From the NCBI GenBank assembly GCA_030613065.1, contig JAUWMQ010000004.1, positions 1-56,666 on the forward strand: DNA of 56,666 bases, given 5' to 3'. The stretch comes from Candidatus Aegiribacteria sp. GTDB taxonomy: Bacteria; Fermentibacterota; Fermentibacteria; Fermentibacterales; JCC-6. Below, piece by piece: positions 47,363 through 56,666 of this stretch (position 1 is the stretch's first letter; every line of letters begins with the position of its first letter). The translations under genes were made by a program, and so were the position numbers. Under the pieces are notes generated by a model that saw only the letters and a program-made list of their open reading frames with translations, ran no database searches and was not told where the DNA came from.

Positions 47363-50300
47363 TTAAAGCGGACGCGCAAGAATTACTACATCGCAGGTTT
47401 CGCAGTATTCACCCGTTTCTTCAGCCCTGGAGTTCAGGTATATGATATACCTTCCTACCGGAAGCCGTCCGCCATTCTCACTGGTTCCGTTCCAGGTAAC
47501 GATCTTCGATAAACCACACATTTCCCTGTTCAGAAGCTGCAGCAGAAGCCTGCCCTGAACGTTGTAAATCTCCAGTGTAACTTCATTCTCAGAGTGCTGG
47601 AAGTTCATCTCTATAGTAAGAACATCGTCACGGCCGTTTCCATCAGGGGAGAAGGGGTCGGGGTAGTAATCCAGGAATTTTCCCGAGCCTCCCCCTTCTG
47701 CCGCAGAGCAGCTGTTTTCTCTGCCTGGTGTGCCTCCGCTAGTGCAGCTGCTCCAGCTTGAGGCTTCATATCCGCTGAAATCCTGGCTAATTTTCTCGAG
47801 GCTCACCCCCGAAGAACCGCCCCAGTCGTCATCGTATGGCACATAATCCATTACGTAAAATGAAGAATCCCGTAACATGAGAATATCCGCCCACTCCTCT
47901 CCCTGTTGGGTACTGTTGTTCAGTACAGGCCAGCCACCTGGCTGCAGAACGGGGCATTGAACAGCAGGCCAGATCGTCCTGAAAAGGGAGGAATCGGAAA
48001 CCAGAACAGCGAAACTGTCCGGCTGTATTGTCATACTGTCGCTGCAGAAAACAAAACGGTCTCTTGAATCCTCGAAGGTCCAGCCGAAAAGCTGCACAGG
48101 ATCTGCAGATCTGTTCAGGATTTCCACCCATTCCGGGTTGCCCTGGGAGGGGCTGTACATAATTTCGTTAATAACTACCGGACCTGGTTCGTTCCATACG
48201 CACGATGTGGAATCATCGGCTGGGAAGGTATCATCCTGGCAGACAGCCACTGCGAAAAGAAGCATGTCACCGCTGCAGGAATTCCACCCGCAGTCAGCAA
48301 GAATCGTATCTCCAGGGGTTACTATACCGCAAATGTAGCTGTCTATCAGTTCTCCTGTCGATGGTGTACCGCTTTCATCAACATCTGCGTAGAAATAAAC
48401 AGTCATACCGCCAACGGGAATAGTATCCGTTCCTGAATTGGCGAATTCCGCAAGTAAATAAATAGTCTCGTTTCCGGGGCCCATGGGGGGTATGCATTCC
48501 ATATATTCGGCGTACGCGTTTACTCCTTCAATGAAATAAGGGGGAGGAGCGCCGGGTGAAGGCCCTTCAGCGGAAGCGAACCAGTTCTCTTCACAATCCG
48601 GTTCTTCAGGCTGCTTCCGCTGAACGCTGTTGTCTTCCCCGGGGTCAAAGGGAATTCCATCAAGTCCATCGTCATCCCGCATAAGTGGATCATCATAATC
48701 GAGGGGGGTTCCGTATGTGGACATTACATCGCAGGATGCTGTGCCATACGCTGGATAAAGGGTGATGGGAGCCGTCTGGGAAAGCCCATCACCAAGAGGA
48801 GTGGTTCCGGTCCTGAGAATCAGAGTTCCGGGGTTGAAATCGTAGGGTTGGCTGCCATTGGTATATTCACGATCAAGAATTACTCCGTAACAGCCAGGTA
48901 GCAGGTAGTTTGATTGAACTGCATCTGGGTCCTGGAGAATCCCGTACTCATCGATCCAGGGAATCATCTCATCAAGAGCATCACCATCGGTAAAACTGCA
49001 TTCTGAGATATCAAAAACACCTGGCCCCGGATAGTAGATCTCGATAAATTCGTCGTTATCCTCCAGAGAGGGATTGCATAGAACTTCCGTTACCACAAGG
49101 GGGATACCTTCTCCGGACCTGAAGCTTTCAAGCAGGACGTCGTTCTCCGGTACCATATCTCCTTCAAGATGAACCCCTGCAGCTGCAAGGTAGTACCCGG
49201 TTTCAGGGGCACTGACCGTCACTGTGATGGTATCGGCTTGCCCGGGGTAGAGAGAATCAGCTGTTTCGATGCAGCATATTTCATCGGGCTGTGGAAGTGA
49301 ATCTGCGTTGGAATCAATGAAGATGGTCACTTCAAGCTCGTATGCTGTGGCTGTACCCCGGTTCGACACTACCGATGCTATCTGCAGGGGTTGCCCCGGT
49401 TGGGACTGCGAAGGGGTTAGTATGAGTGAATCGACTGCTGCGTCTGAAGTGTCGGTGAATACTGCCGGGCACCCCGGTGTTCCCCCCTCGGGTGAAACAA
49501 CCCAGCAGTATTCCTCATCCGGATAGTCTGAGGATTTTCGTTCAACGCTATAATACTCTCCTGGATCATAGGGTATACCGTCAAGTCCGTCATCATCGCA
49601 TAGAAGAGGGTCATCGTATTGAAGAGGAGTTCCATAGGTTGAAAGTACATTAACCTGAGCGGTACCCAGCATGCTGTAAAAGGTTACAGGATCGCTGCCT
49701 GTGAGCCCGTTGCCTATGGTTGTATTCTCAACTGTAAATACGAATGTGGATTCGGCAAGGTCGTACTCCTGCATACTTCCGGCGTATTCCGGGTCCATAA
49801 TAAGCCCATAGTATCCCGCCGGTATAGAGCTGGCGTAAATTGCATCGGGGTCGATGAGAAGAGTCTCGTACCATTCACAGACGTAATCAAGTGCATCTCC
49901 GTCTGTAAAGGAGCATCCGCAGACAGAGAAAATTCCGGGACCGGGGTAGTAGATCTCGATGAATTCACCCGAGTCCTCATCAAGTGGATTGCACAGAACC
50001 TCCGTAATCACCGGGTTAACTCCACCTCCAACTGCAAGAACAGATGATGCAAAGTCGTCATCAGGATATTCATCCTCCGGTACATCAGCAACAGCGGAGG
50101 GGAGGAACCAGCCCTGCTCAAGCGATATGAAAGCAGTAAAAGTTTCAGTATATCCAGGCTGAAGAACCGTTGCTGAGAATTCCGCGAGGATTTCATCTGG
50201 TGATGCGCTGGAATCGCCCTGACTATCAAGGAATAGAAGAAGTGTACCTGAGGGTGGAACGGTGTTTCCAGTGCATGTGAAGTTAGCCATGATCTGGAAC

Positions 50301-50986
50301 AGCTCACCCGGTACTGGCTCTGATGGAACCGTCCATACGCTGTCGCATGAGATGTTGAGAGTATCGGGAGGCGCTTCAGCATGGGAGCCGGGGGATCCGC
50401 CTTCAGGACCCGCTGACCAGAAGGTTTCAAGGTCAGGCGAGGTCCAGGGGAAACGTTCTACAGTTCTACCCTCCCCGGGATCGAAGGGTATACCGTCAAG
50501 GCCGTCATCGTCGCGGTTCTGCCATATATCAGAAGGTACGGGTGTTCCGTAAGTACTTACAGCATTACTGTCAGCGGTTCCACCCGGATTGAACAGTGTG
50601 AGGGGATCCGATGAAGCAGCAAGGCCGTTACATATGGAATGGTCTCCGGTTGTGAGTATCAATGTACCGGCAGGTATGTCATAGACCGGAGCGTCTGGAT
50701 AATCCAGCTCGAAGACCAGGGCGAAGCCGAAAGGCGGTATCGTATCGGTTCCCAGAATCATTCCCGCGTGCGGGAAAAGCCCGTGAACTCCCTCATCCCA
50801 TGGCAGAAGTTCATCAAGTGCATCTCCATCTGTAATTGTATAGCCTCCGAGACAGAAGGGTACCGAAGAGGGATTGTAAATCTCTACGAATTCCCCGGAA
50901 ATTTCGAGGAGCGGGTCAGGAGCGATTTCAGTTATCACAAGAGGTTGTGAAACCAGTACGAACTGCAGGATAGAGTAAAATATCAT
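47363..50986 (-). CDS. Large secreted protein with repeated lamin-tail and CARDB-like domains and FlgD/T9SS-like C-terminal Ig domain
   Basis: Four (I/V)(T/N)E..P......EF(V/I)EI repeats, three DDDGLDGIP motifs about 306 aa apart, C-terminal PDPFSPDG..WNG..GRLPVGRY. Confidence 0.85.
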   Translation of the reverse strand: MIFYSILQFVLVSQPLVITEIAPDPLLEISGEFVEIYNPSSVPFCLGGYTITDGDALDELLPWDEGVHGLFPHAGMILGTDTIPPFGFALVFELDYPDAPVYDIPAGTLILTTGDHSICNGLAASSDPLTLFNPGGTADSNAVSTYGTPVPSDIWQNRDDDGLDGIPFDPGEGRTVERFPWTSPDLETFWSAGPEGGSPGSHAEAPPDTLNISCDSVWTVPSEPVPGELFQIMANFTCTGNTVPPSGTLLLFLDSQGDSSASPDEILAEFSATVLQPGYTETFTAFISLEQGWFLPSAVADVPEDEYPDDDFASSVLAVGGGVNPVITEVLCNPLDEDSGEFIEIYYPGPGIFSVCGCSFTDGDALDYVCEWYETLLIDPDAIYASSIPAGYYGLIMDPEYAGSMQEYDLAESTFVFTVENTTIGNGLTGSDPVTFYSMLGTAQVNVLSTYGTPLQYDDPLLCDDDGLDGIPYDPGEYYSVERKSSDYPDEEYCWVVSPEGGTPGCPAVFTDTSDAAVDSLILTPSQSQPGQPLQIASVVSNRGTATAYELEVTIFIDSNADSLPQPDEICCIETADSLYPGQADTITVTVSAPETGYYLAAAGVHLEGDMVPENDVLLESFRSGEGIPLVVTEVLCNPSLEDNDEFIEIYYPGPGVFDISECSFTDGDALDEMIPWIDEYGILQDPDAVQSNYLLPGCYGVILDREYTNGSQPYDFNPGTLILRTGTTPLGDGLSQTAPITLYPAYGTASCDVMSTYGTPLDYDDPLMRDDDGLDGIPFDPGEDNSVQRKQPEEPDCEENWFASAEGPSPGAPPPYFIEGVNAYAEYMECIPPMGPGNETIYLLAEFANSGTDTIPVGGMTVYFYADVDESGTPSTGELIDSYICGIVTPGDTILADCGWNSCSGDMLLFAVAVCQDDTFPADDSTSCVWNEPGPVVINEIMYSPSQGNPEWVEILNRSADPVQLFGWTFEDSRDRFVFCSDSMTIQPDSFAVLVSDSSLFRTIWPAVQCPVLQPGGWPVLNNSTQQGEEWADILMLRDSSFYVMDYVPYDDDWGGSSGVSLEKISQDFSGYEASSWSSCTSGGTPGRENSCSAAEGGGSGKFLDYYPDPFSPDGNGRDDVLTIEMNFQHSENEVTLEIYNVQGRLLLQLLNREMCGLSKIVTWNGTSENGGRLPVGRYIIYLNSRAEETGEYCETCDVVILARPL

Positions 50987-51469
50987 ATCTCTTTGAGTTT
51001 ATCCGTAAGTATCCGGATCTGTCAAGCTCAGGGCAGAATTTCAAACCCCAGCAGACCGGGGAGGGATACACTGAAGTGTGCAGGTAAGGGGCTTAATGTA
51101 ATTCATGGAAGGCATGGCATCCTGCAATGAGAAGAGACTGCAGGGAATGAAAAGTGCTCGCCAGGGGGATTAACGGCTACGAAGATTGTTTAATAGCGAA
51201 ATACTGCTGTAAGTACTGAAGAATTCCTTTTCACAAGCAACAATGCGCTCCGAATCAAGCAGGGCTTGGTAATCGGAGTCCCATTTCATTGCACCAGATT
51301 AACTCTCGCCTTTCCTGCCAGGGCGACTCCGATATCACATATCCCACATTCAGGATAAGAACCGTCGCCGGAGAGGGAGACTCTCTTCTGTTTCCAGAAA
51401 ATCAAGGGGATCTTCAGCCCTTGATACAGATGTGTACTGGTATTCCTTTCAGTGCAAATAAGTATCCTG

Positions 51470-52648
51470 CTAAAGACATTTCTCTATGGAAATATTCTGT
51501 AACTCATTATCGAATACGATGACAAAATTCAAAGGTGTATTTGCTGGGCATTCAATAGTAAATAACCCTGTCTCCTGATATCTGAATCTCTGATTGGATG
51601 ATACTGGTAATTGTTTTGCATAACTATTGTATACAAGAATGTCTTTCGGAGGATAGAGGGAAAATTCCGAATTGTACTCAACCTGAAGCGACTGTGGATC
51701 AGTACGCTTTGTTTTAACTATCTTGAAGAATTCTGTTTCATCGGTAGAACTTATATCGCTAAGGTTTTCTGCCCAATTCTCTAGAAGATTTTGGAATGCT
51801 ATTCCAAATTTCTCTATAATTATGTTGTTGAAATTCTTATCACAAGAAGAATTTCTGAAAAGTTTAACCAGAGTATCGTTCCCGTATTGTTCTTCAAGAT
51901 ATATTACAAAAGACAAAGCTGATTGGTAGAGTGGGTAGTATCTCATGTGGAAAACTGTGGCATCCCAATCATTTACCTTATCTCCAAGATAACTTAATCC
52001 AGCAACTGTCACTGCTCTCGCACATGTGTTGGCATGAGCGCGTTTCCGATCAAACGCATTGGCTGCTCGAAATCCGCAGAGCTGGGCAAAGCCCTCATCA
52101 AAGAACTTCCTTATCCCGAATTCTTCCGGGCATACTCTAAATCCAAGAGTATTTCTGAGGTACAAGTGTGTTATCTCATGTACGATAGCATGGATGACAA
52201 TTTCACAGTCGTGTGGCCTCTTCCTGTAATGACCAACTTTTAAATAGACATCGTTCAGATTACCATTAAACGGTGATGGACCAGATCCATCCATGAAGAA
52301 GAAAGTTGTTTGTGTCTGGATATCTGGGAAATTAACTGCCAACCAGTCAGTTACTGTTTCGATATTCAATAAGAAGTACTCAGAAAGATCTCGAACTCGA
52401 GAATCGATTACAACTCGGAAATGTCTACCGGAATACTCGAAGCCTGAAGGTTGGAAATCTCCGATAGCGAAGCGTCGTTGTGAATTGAGATCTGGATTGC
52501 TCTGAAGATATTCCTCGAGTTCTCTTGCCCTTTGATATTGGCCGTTGTGTAGATAGAGCATTATCAAGATCCTGGCATAGAATAGTTTACGCTCTGCTTT
52601 TTTAGTATTACTTATCCTGTTCTCAGCAAGAGTGCAGAACAGCTTCAT
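51470..52648 (-). CDS. Hypothetical protein with HExxH...E zinc-peptidase (gluzincin-like) motif
   Basis: IVHEITHLYL followed by FFDEGFAQ and YLEEQYG. AT-rich relative to neighbours. Confidence 0.65.
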   Translation of the reverse strand: MKLFCTLAENRISNTKKAERKLFYARILIMLYLHNGQYQRARELEEYLQSNPDLNSQRRFAIGDFQPSGFEYSGRHFRVVIDSRVRDLSEYFLLNIETVTDWLAVNFPDIQTQTTFFFMDGSGPSPFNGNLNDVYLKVGHYRKRPHDCEIVIHAIVHEITHLYLRNTLGFRVCPEEFGIRKFFDEGFAQLCGFRAANAFDRKRAHANTCARAVTVAGLSYLGDKVNDWDATVFHMRYYPLYQSALSFVIYLEEQYGNDTLVKLFRNSSCDKNFNNIIIEKFGIAFQNLLENWAENLSDISSTDETEFFKIVKTKRTDPQSLQVEYNSEFSLYPPKDILVYNSYAKQLPVSSNQRFRYQETGLFTIECPANTPLNFVIVFDNELQNISIEKCL

Positions 52649-52906
52649 TGTTGCTGGTGAATAAGCCAGTCTCTTTAGAAATCTATCTTTTCTTGAAGCT
52701 AAGCTGATCCGATTCCTCCGTCATTATAATGTGTATGTGAATTCCATATCCGAATCTTCAACTCCATAAATATAGACTAATTGAGTCGGCTATATCGTGT
52801 CAAGTCAATAAAATCGGTATTGTGTGTTTTGAGTTTGTGTATATGCGTTTGAATTACATGGTTTTCAGGAATCTGTTTATCAGGATATCCTGCTGTATTT
52901 TTTGGT

Positions 52907-53413
52907 TCAGTTGCTGATGGCGCTGTTAAGGATCGTTTCGGCGATCGATTCGAGTCCTGCTGTGTGCCAGCCCAGGGAGGAGGCTGTTAGAGGTAATTCG
53001 AGAGTGGCACTTTCATTGTTCGGCATGTTGATGGTTATGAAGGCCATGGCCGTGCTTTCAGCTGACTGGATGCTGTCAATAGCTATTGAACTGCTGTTGA
53101 TAGTCTGATAATGTCCGGGGGATGAGATCAGCATTTCAAGCACAGCTGTGCTGTTCCAGAAATTGATCTCATTGGGAGCGGCTTCAAGGCGGAAAGAGGC
53201 GAAGAGTTCTCCCAGTTCTGCCGGGGTCAGTGTTTTCATTGTTTCGAGGTATTCTCCGCACATCTGAAGGATGTTTTCTGAGCAGGCAGGGCTGAGAGTA
53301 CTCAGGAAAGTGGAGGGGGAACCATCCTGAATGGCGCTCCAGGTATCCAGTATTGCCTCTTCGGGTGTATTTGCGCTAAGCATCGCCAGTACCAGAATGA
53401 TTCCCCGCAGCAT
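52907..53413 (-). CDS. Secreted hypothetical protein
   Basis: 168 aa with signal-peptide-like N-terminus, co-oriented and 3 nt from the SIMPL gene. Confidence 0.65.
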   Translation of the reverse strand: MLRGIILVLAMLSANTPEEAILDTWSAIQDGSPSTFLSTLSPACSENILQMCGEYLETMKTLTPAELGELFASFRLEAAPNEINFWNSTAVLEMLISSPGHYQTINSSSIAIDSIQSAESTAMAFITINMPNNESATLELPLTASSLGWHTAGLESIAETILNSAISN

Positions 53414-53416
53414 GAT

Positions 53417-54136
53417 CTACTGAACTATTTCGTAGGTTGCGGATACTTCGACGGATATTGAGAATGCACCAGGTGTAACCGGTGGTGATTCCGCGTAGTA
53501 TCCAAGTCCGCCGCCGTAGTTGTCGTAGGCCCCGTAGGAGGTGGGGGAATAGTTTGTCCATTCGCTGATGCCTGTAATTCTGCCAAGGGTTACTCCGAAA
53601 TTGTCCGCAAGCTGCTCGGCCTTGTCCCTTGCACCCTCAGCGGCTCTGCTTCTGGCTTCTTCGAAGAGAGCTTCTGTGTCCTCAACATAGAAGGATACTC
53701 CGTTGATGGAGTTGGCGCCTGCGCTCACTACAGCTGCGAGTATACCGCCTACGGAGCTTATATCCCGGATTTCCGCCTTTACGTAGTGGGTAACTACATA
53801 TTCCATTTCACCGGTGTAGTCGTATTCGTAATCGTCCCATACTTCCTGAACCCAGAGGCTGTAGCTGGTGGTCTGCATGTCTGCACCCGCTACACCTTCC
53901 CTGCGGGCAGCGGCCATTGCAGCTTCTACCAGCTGTGCAGCATCGTTAACGGCAAGATCGGGTTTTGATCTTGTAATGCTTACTCCGAACACTACCGAAG
54001 CTACGTCAGGTTCCGCACTTGCAGAGCCGGTTGCTGTGGAGCTTATCGTTGCAGGATATTCCCATGAATCCTGTCCTGTTGCAATACCGGTCATCGCAAG
54101 GATGACCAGAAGCATAATGATTCCGGTTCTTTTCAT
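53417..54136 (-). CDS. SIMPL/DUF541 domain periplasmic protein
   Basis: Signal peptide, ATGSASAEPD, GANSINGVSF, A...ARDKAEQLA...LGRI, VEVSATY. Confidence 0.88.
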   Translation of the reverse strand: MKRTGIIMLLVILAMTGIATGQDSWEYPATISSTATGSASAEPDVASVVFGVSITRSKPDLAVNDAAQLVEAAMAAARREGVAGADMQTTSYSLWVQEVWDDYEYDYTGEMEYVVTHYVKAEIRDISSVGGILAAVVSAGANSINGVSFYVEDTEALFEEARSRAAEGARDKAEQLADNFGVTLGRITGISEWTNYSPTSYGAYDNYGGGLGYYAESPPVTPGAFSISVEVSATYEIVQ

Positions 54137-54201
54137 GTCTTATTCCTTTCATTTCAGGTTGCATACCTGTTCGTGCTTCTTATAGAATCAGAGGTGAGAA
54201 G

Positions 54202-54621
54202 TTATTCCCCTATTATTTTCACCATGACACGTTTCCGCCGCCTGCCATCGAACTCACCGTAGAATATCTGTTCCCAGGGGCCAAGGTCCAGCTTTCCATC
54301 GGTAACGGCTACAACTACTTCCCTTCCCATAATCTGCCGCTTGTGATGGGCATCTCCGTTGTCTTCACCCGTTCTGTTATGTCTGTATCGAGAAACTGGC
54401 TCATGTGGTGCAAGCTGTTCGAGCCATTCATCGTAATCCTGAATTAGACCAGGTTCATCGTCATTTATGTAAACACTTGCAGTAATATGCATTGCATTTA
54501 CAAGGCAGAGACCTTCTTTTATACCGCTTACTCGCAATTCCTTGTCAACGGCCGGTGTGATATTGATATAACCTCTCCGATTCGGAGTGTTGAACCAGAG
54601 GTATTCTCTGTGTGATTTCAT
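54202..54621 (-). CDS. yjbQ: YjbQ/UPF0047 family protein
   Basis: [36 protein letters not shown]. Confidence 0.9.
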   Translation of the reverse strand: MKSHREYLWFNTPNRRGYINITPAVDKELRVSGIKEGLCLVNAMHITASVYINDDEPGLIQDYDEWLEQLAPHEPVSRYRHNRTGEDNGDAHHKRQIMGREVVVAVTDGKLDLGPWEQIFYGEFDGRRRKRVMVKIIGE

Positions 54622-54959
54622 ATCTGCTCCCAGTAAGGTAAAACCTCGTTTTCACCAAGTATATCCTTTTCTAACATCACAAGTTCCCATTCGGGGTTGT
54701 ACATGAGCTTCTCTGCTTCACCCAGTACCCTTTTTACTCCGGCCTCAGTACCTGAAATGAAAACAGCTGCCAGCCATGCACGCTGAATCAGGTTAGAAGG
54801 GCCAACCTGAGCGACGGAGAATCCCATATTGTAAAGTCGGTCCTTCAGGGAACGGAGATGACCTCTTCTGTCCTTAAGGGTTCTGCAGCCCCTGAAGAAG
54901 AGCTCAGCCCTGATCATCCCAATGAAGTAGTCAATCTTTATATTCTCAATTGTAATCAA
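54618..54959 (-). CDS. DUF503 (YlxP-like) protein; start uncertain
   Basis: [14 protein letters not shown]...FSVAQVG pattern. Confidence 0.7.
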   Translation of the reverse strand: MITIENIKIDYFIGMIRAELFFRGCRTLKDRRGHLRSLKDRLYNMGFSVAQVGPSNLIQRAWLAAVFISGTEAGVKRVLGEAEKLMYNPEWELVMLEKDILGENEVLPYWEQI

Positions 54960-55049
54960 CTCCAGCTTGTACCGTCACATTCCCTCCGACATAGATAAGA
55001 ATTGTACTGATGTGAAGATAATACAAGGATGGATTGAAGTAATGCAGCC

Positions 55050-56666
55050 TTATTTGTTTTCAAGCTGGAGGAAGAGAGCGGCAAGAGGGGGTAGTGTAAG
55101 GCTTACGGAGTGCGGAAGACCATGCATACCGTAAGGCTTTGAATGGATTCTTCCGAGGTTTCCCTTGCCGGAACCACCGTAGATATCTGAGTCTGTATTA
55201 AGAAGTTCGGTGTATGTACCCTCTTGGGGTACTCCGACCAGATAATTCTCCCGCATGACCGGGGTCATGTTGAAAACGCATACAACGTGGCCGCCTTCAC
55301 CAGAGTTTCTGAGGAACGAAACAACAGTTGCCTGTGTATCGCTGAAGTCTATCCATCTGAAACCTTCCGGACTACAGTCGAGTTTGTGAAATGCGGGGTT
55401 GCGCATGATTATCGTATTCAGATCGCTCACGAATGTTTTCAGCCTGGAATGCTCGTCGTACTGGATAAGATTCCAGTCAAGCTCCGTATCATGGTTCCAT
55501 TCCTTCCACTGACCGAACTCGCTGCCCATGAAAAGGAGCTTTTTACCAGGATGTGCCCACTGGTAGGATAGAAGGAGCCTTAAATTTGCGAACTGCTGCC
55601 ACCTGTCTCCGGGGCATTTGCTCAGGAGGGATGATTTACCGTGCACCACCTCATCGTGTGAAAAGGGAAGTACGAAATTCTCGCTGAAGGCGTAAAGGAG
55701 GGAAAAGGTCAGATTTTCAAGATGGTGCTTACGGTGAACTGGTTCCATCTGGAAGAAGGAAAGAGTATCGTGCATCCAGCCCATGTTCCATTTGAATGTG
55801 AATCCAAGGCCCCCATGTTCCACTGGAGTAGTGACACCTGGCCAGGCGGTACTCTCTTCAGCTATGGTCATGGTTCCCGGAAAATCCTTTGCAATTATGG
55901 AGTTAAGGGTTTTCATAAATTCTATGGCGCCATTGTTCTCCCTGCCTCCATATTCGTTCGGTATCCACTCACCATCTTCGCGTGAGTAGTCAAGGTAGAG
56001 CATTGAGGCTACTGCATCAACTCTTAGTCCGTCAATATGGTATTTATCCAGCCAGAACAGTCCGCGCGCTACAAGGAAGTTCCTGACTTCCTGTCTGTCG
56101 TAATTGAAAACAAGGGTCTTCCAGTCGGGATGGGTTCCTTTTCTGGGGTCTTCATGCTCGTAAAGGCATGTTCCGTCGAACCTGGCAAGACCGGTGGCAT
56201 CCGAAGGGAAATGAGCGGGTGCCCAGTCCAGTATCACTCCAATATCAGCTTTGTGGCATCTATTCACGAATTGCTGGAAATGCTCCGGTTTTCCAAGACG
56301 GCTTGTTGGGGCGAAGTAACCTATGGTCTGATACCCCCAGGAGCCGTCGAATGGATGTTCCATTACAGGAAGCAGCTCTACGTGAGTAAATCCGAGCTTC
56401 TTTAAGTAAGGAATAAGATCATCCGCCAGTTCGTCCCAGGATGTGAAATCTCTCCAGTCCGGTGATCCCTTCCAGGAGGTGGCATGCATCTCGTATATGG
56501 ACATGGGGGAGGTAAAGGGGTTCTGTCTGTCTCTATTTTTCATCCATGCGGAATCAGTCCACTCGAACGAATTGATATCGGCTACCACGGAGGCGGTTCT
56601 TGGGCGGAATTCAGCTGCCAGAGCCATCGGGTCTGATTTCTCGATGATTTCTCCGGCATTTGTTCG
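55050..56666 (-). CDS. glgB: 1,4-alpha-glucan branching enzyme GlgB, 5'-truncated by the window edge
   Basis: IYEMH, SWGYQ, DWAPAHFP, DGLRVDAVASMLY, AEES, KWNMGWMHD, LPFSHDEVVHGK. The frame stays open to 56666 (…EKSDPMAL). Confidence 0.96.
   Translation of the reverse strand, partial: RTNAGEIIEKSDPMALAAEFRPRTASVVADINSFEWTDSAWMKNRDRQNPFTSPMSIYEMHATSWKGSPDWRDFTSWDELADDLIPYLKKLGFTHVELLPVMEHPFDGSWGYQTIGYFAPTSRLGKPEHFQQFVNRCHKADIGVILDWAPAHFPSDATGLARFDGTCLYEHEDPRKGTHPDWKTLVFNYDRQEVRNFLVARGLFWLDKYHIDGLRVDAVASMLYLDYSREDGEWIPNEYGGRENNGAIEFMKTLNSIIAKDFPGTMTIAEESTAWPGVTTPVEHGGLGFTFKWNMGWMHDTLSFFQMEPVHRKHHLENLTFSLLYAFSENFVLPFSHDEVVHGKSSLLSKCPGDRWQQFANLRLLLSYQWAHPGKKLLFMGSEFGQWKEWNHDTELDWNLIQYDEHSRLKTFVSDLNTIIMRNPAFHKLDCSPEGFRWIDFSDTQATVVSFLRNSGEGGHVVCVFNMTPVMRENYLVGVPQEGTYTELLNTDSDIYGGSGKGNLGRIHSKPYGMHGLPHSVSLTLPPLAALFLQLENK

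Noticed and set aside
50987-51469. 480-nt intergenic stretch with a 77-aa ORF (51289-51522)
   Set aside because: No recognisable motif, SD or RNA family; cannot support a gene or pseudogene call.
307-56405. Many 60-170 aa ORFs antisense or out of frame to confident genes
   Set aside because: They are shadow ORFs fully overlapping well-supported CDSs and have no motifs.
1-56666. CRISPR array, tRNA/rRNA, prophage, transposase or integrase
   Set aside because: No regularly spaced repeats, cloverleaf/rRNA signatures or recombinase motifs were seen by eye.

Overview
Bacterial chromosomal window from what looks like an anaerobe. T9SS-type C-terminal domains and the overall gene style suggest the FCB group, possibly Fermentibacterota/Aegiribacteria, but this is inference only. 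Left to right: (1) an AT-rich defence patch (1-3345) with a SinI-like type II restriction endonuclease, a convergent HTH-fused C5 methyltransferase, a HEPN-motif gene and an integron attC-like site; (2) a decayed glycyl-radical activase, then a complete hypAB/hypFCDE [NiFe] maturation set; (3) an orphan histidine kinase and a GT-C-like membrane protein; (4) an acpS - acetate:CoA ligase - ACP - Kbl-like cluster, followed by DUF485/ActP-like acetate uptake genes; (5) the most striking feature, a tightly coupled co-oriented gene run (20761-35040): two Roadblock proteins, an MglA-type GTPase, DUF4388-Roadblock, a DnaA-like AAA+ lacking its DNA-binding domain, a V4R-like protein, a group 3c-like [NiFe] hydrogenase without MvhD/Hdr, a ferredoxin-V4R fusion, a maturation protease, a cNMP-binding protein, a GGDEF-STAND-TPR protein and two B12 radical SAM enzymes. 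This is a candidate H2/redox-sensing small-GTPase signalling system; (6) housekeeping and secreted-protein genes (ogt, Omp28-like, canonical kbl, MFS, sulfatase-like, TPP riboswitch-thiC, cyclophilin, tdh, lamin-tail repeat protein, HExxH protein, SIMPL, yjbQ, DUF503, glgB cut by the window edge). No rRNA, tRNA, CRISPR array, integrase or transposase was recognised. All family assignments come from motif recognition by eye, not database searches.
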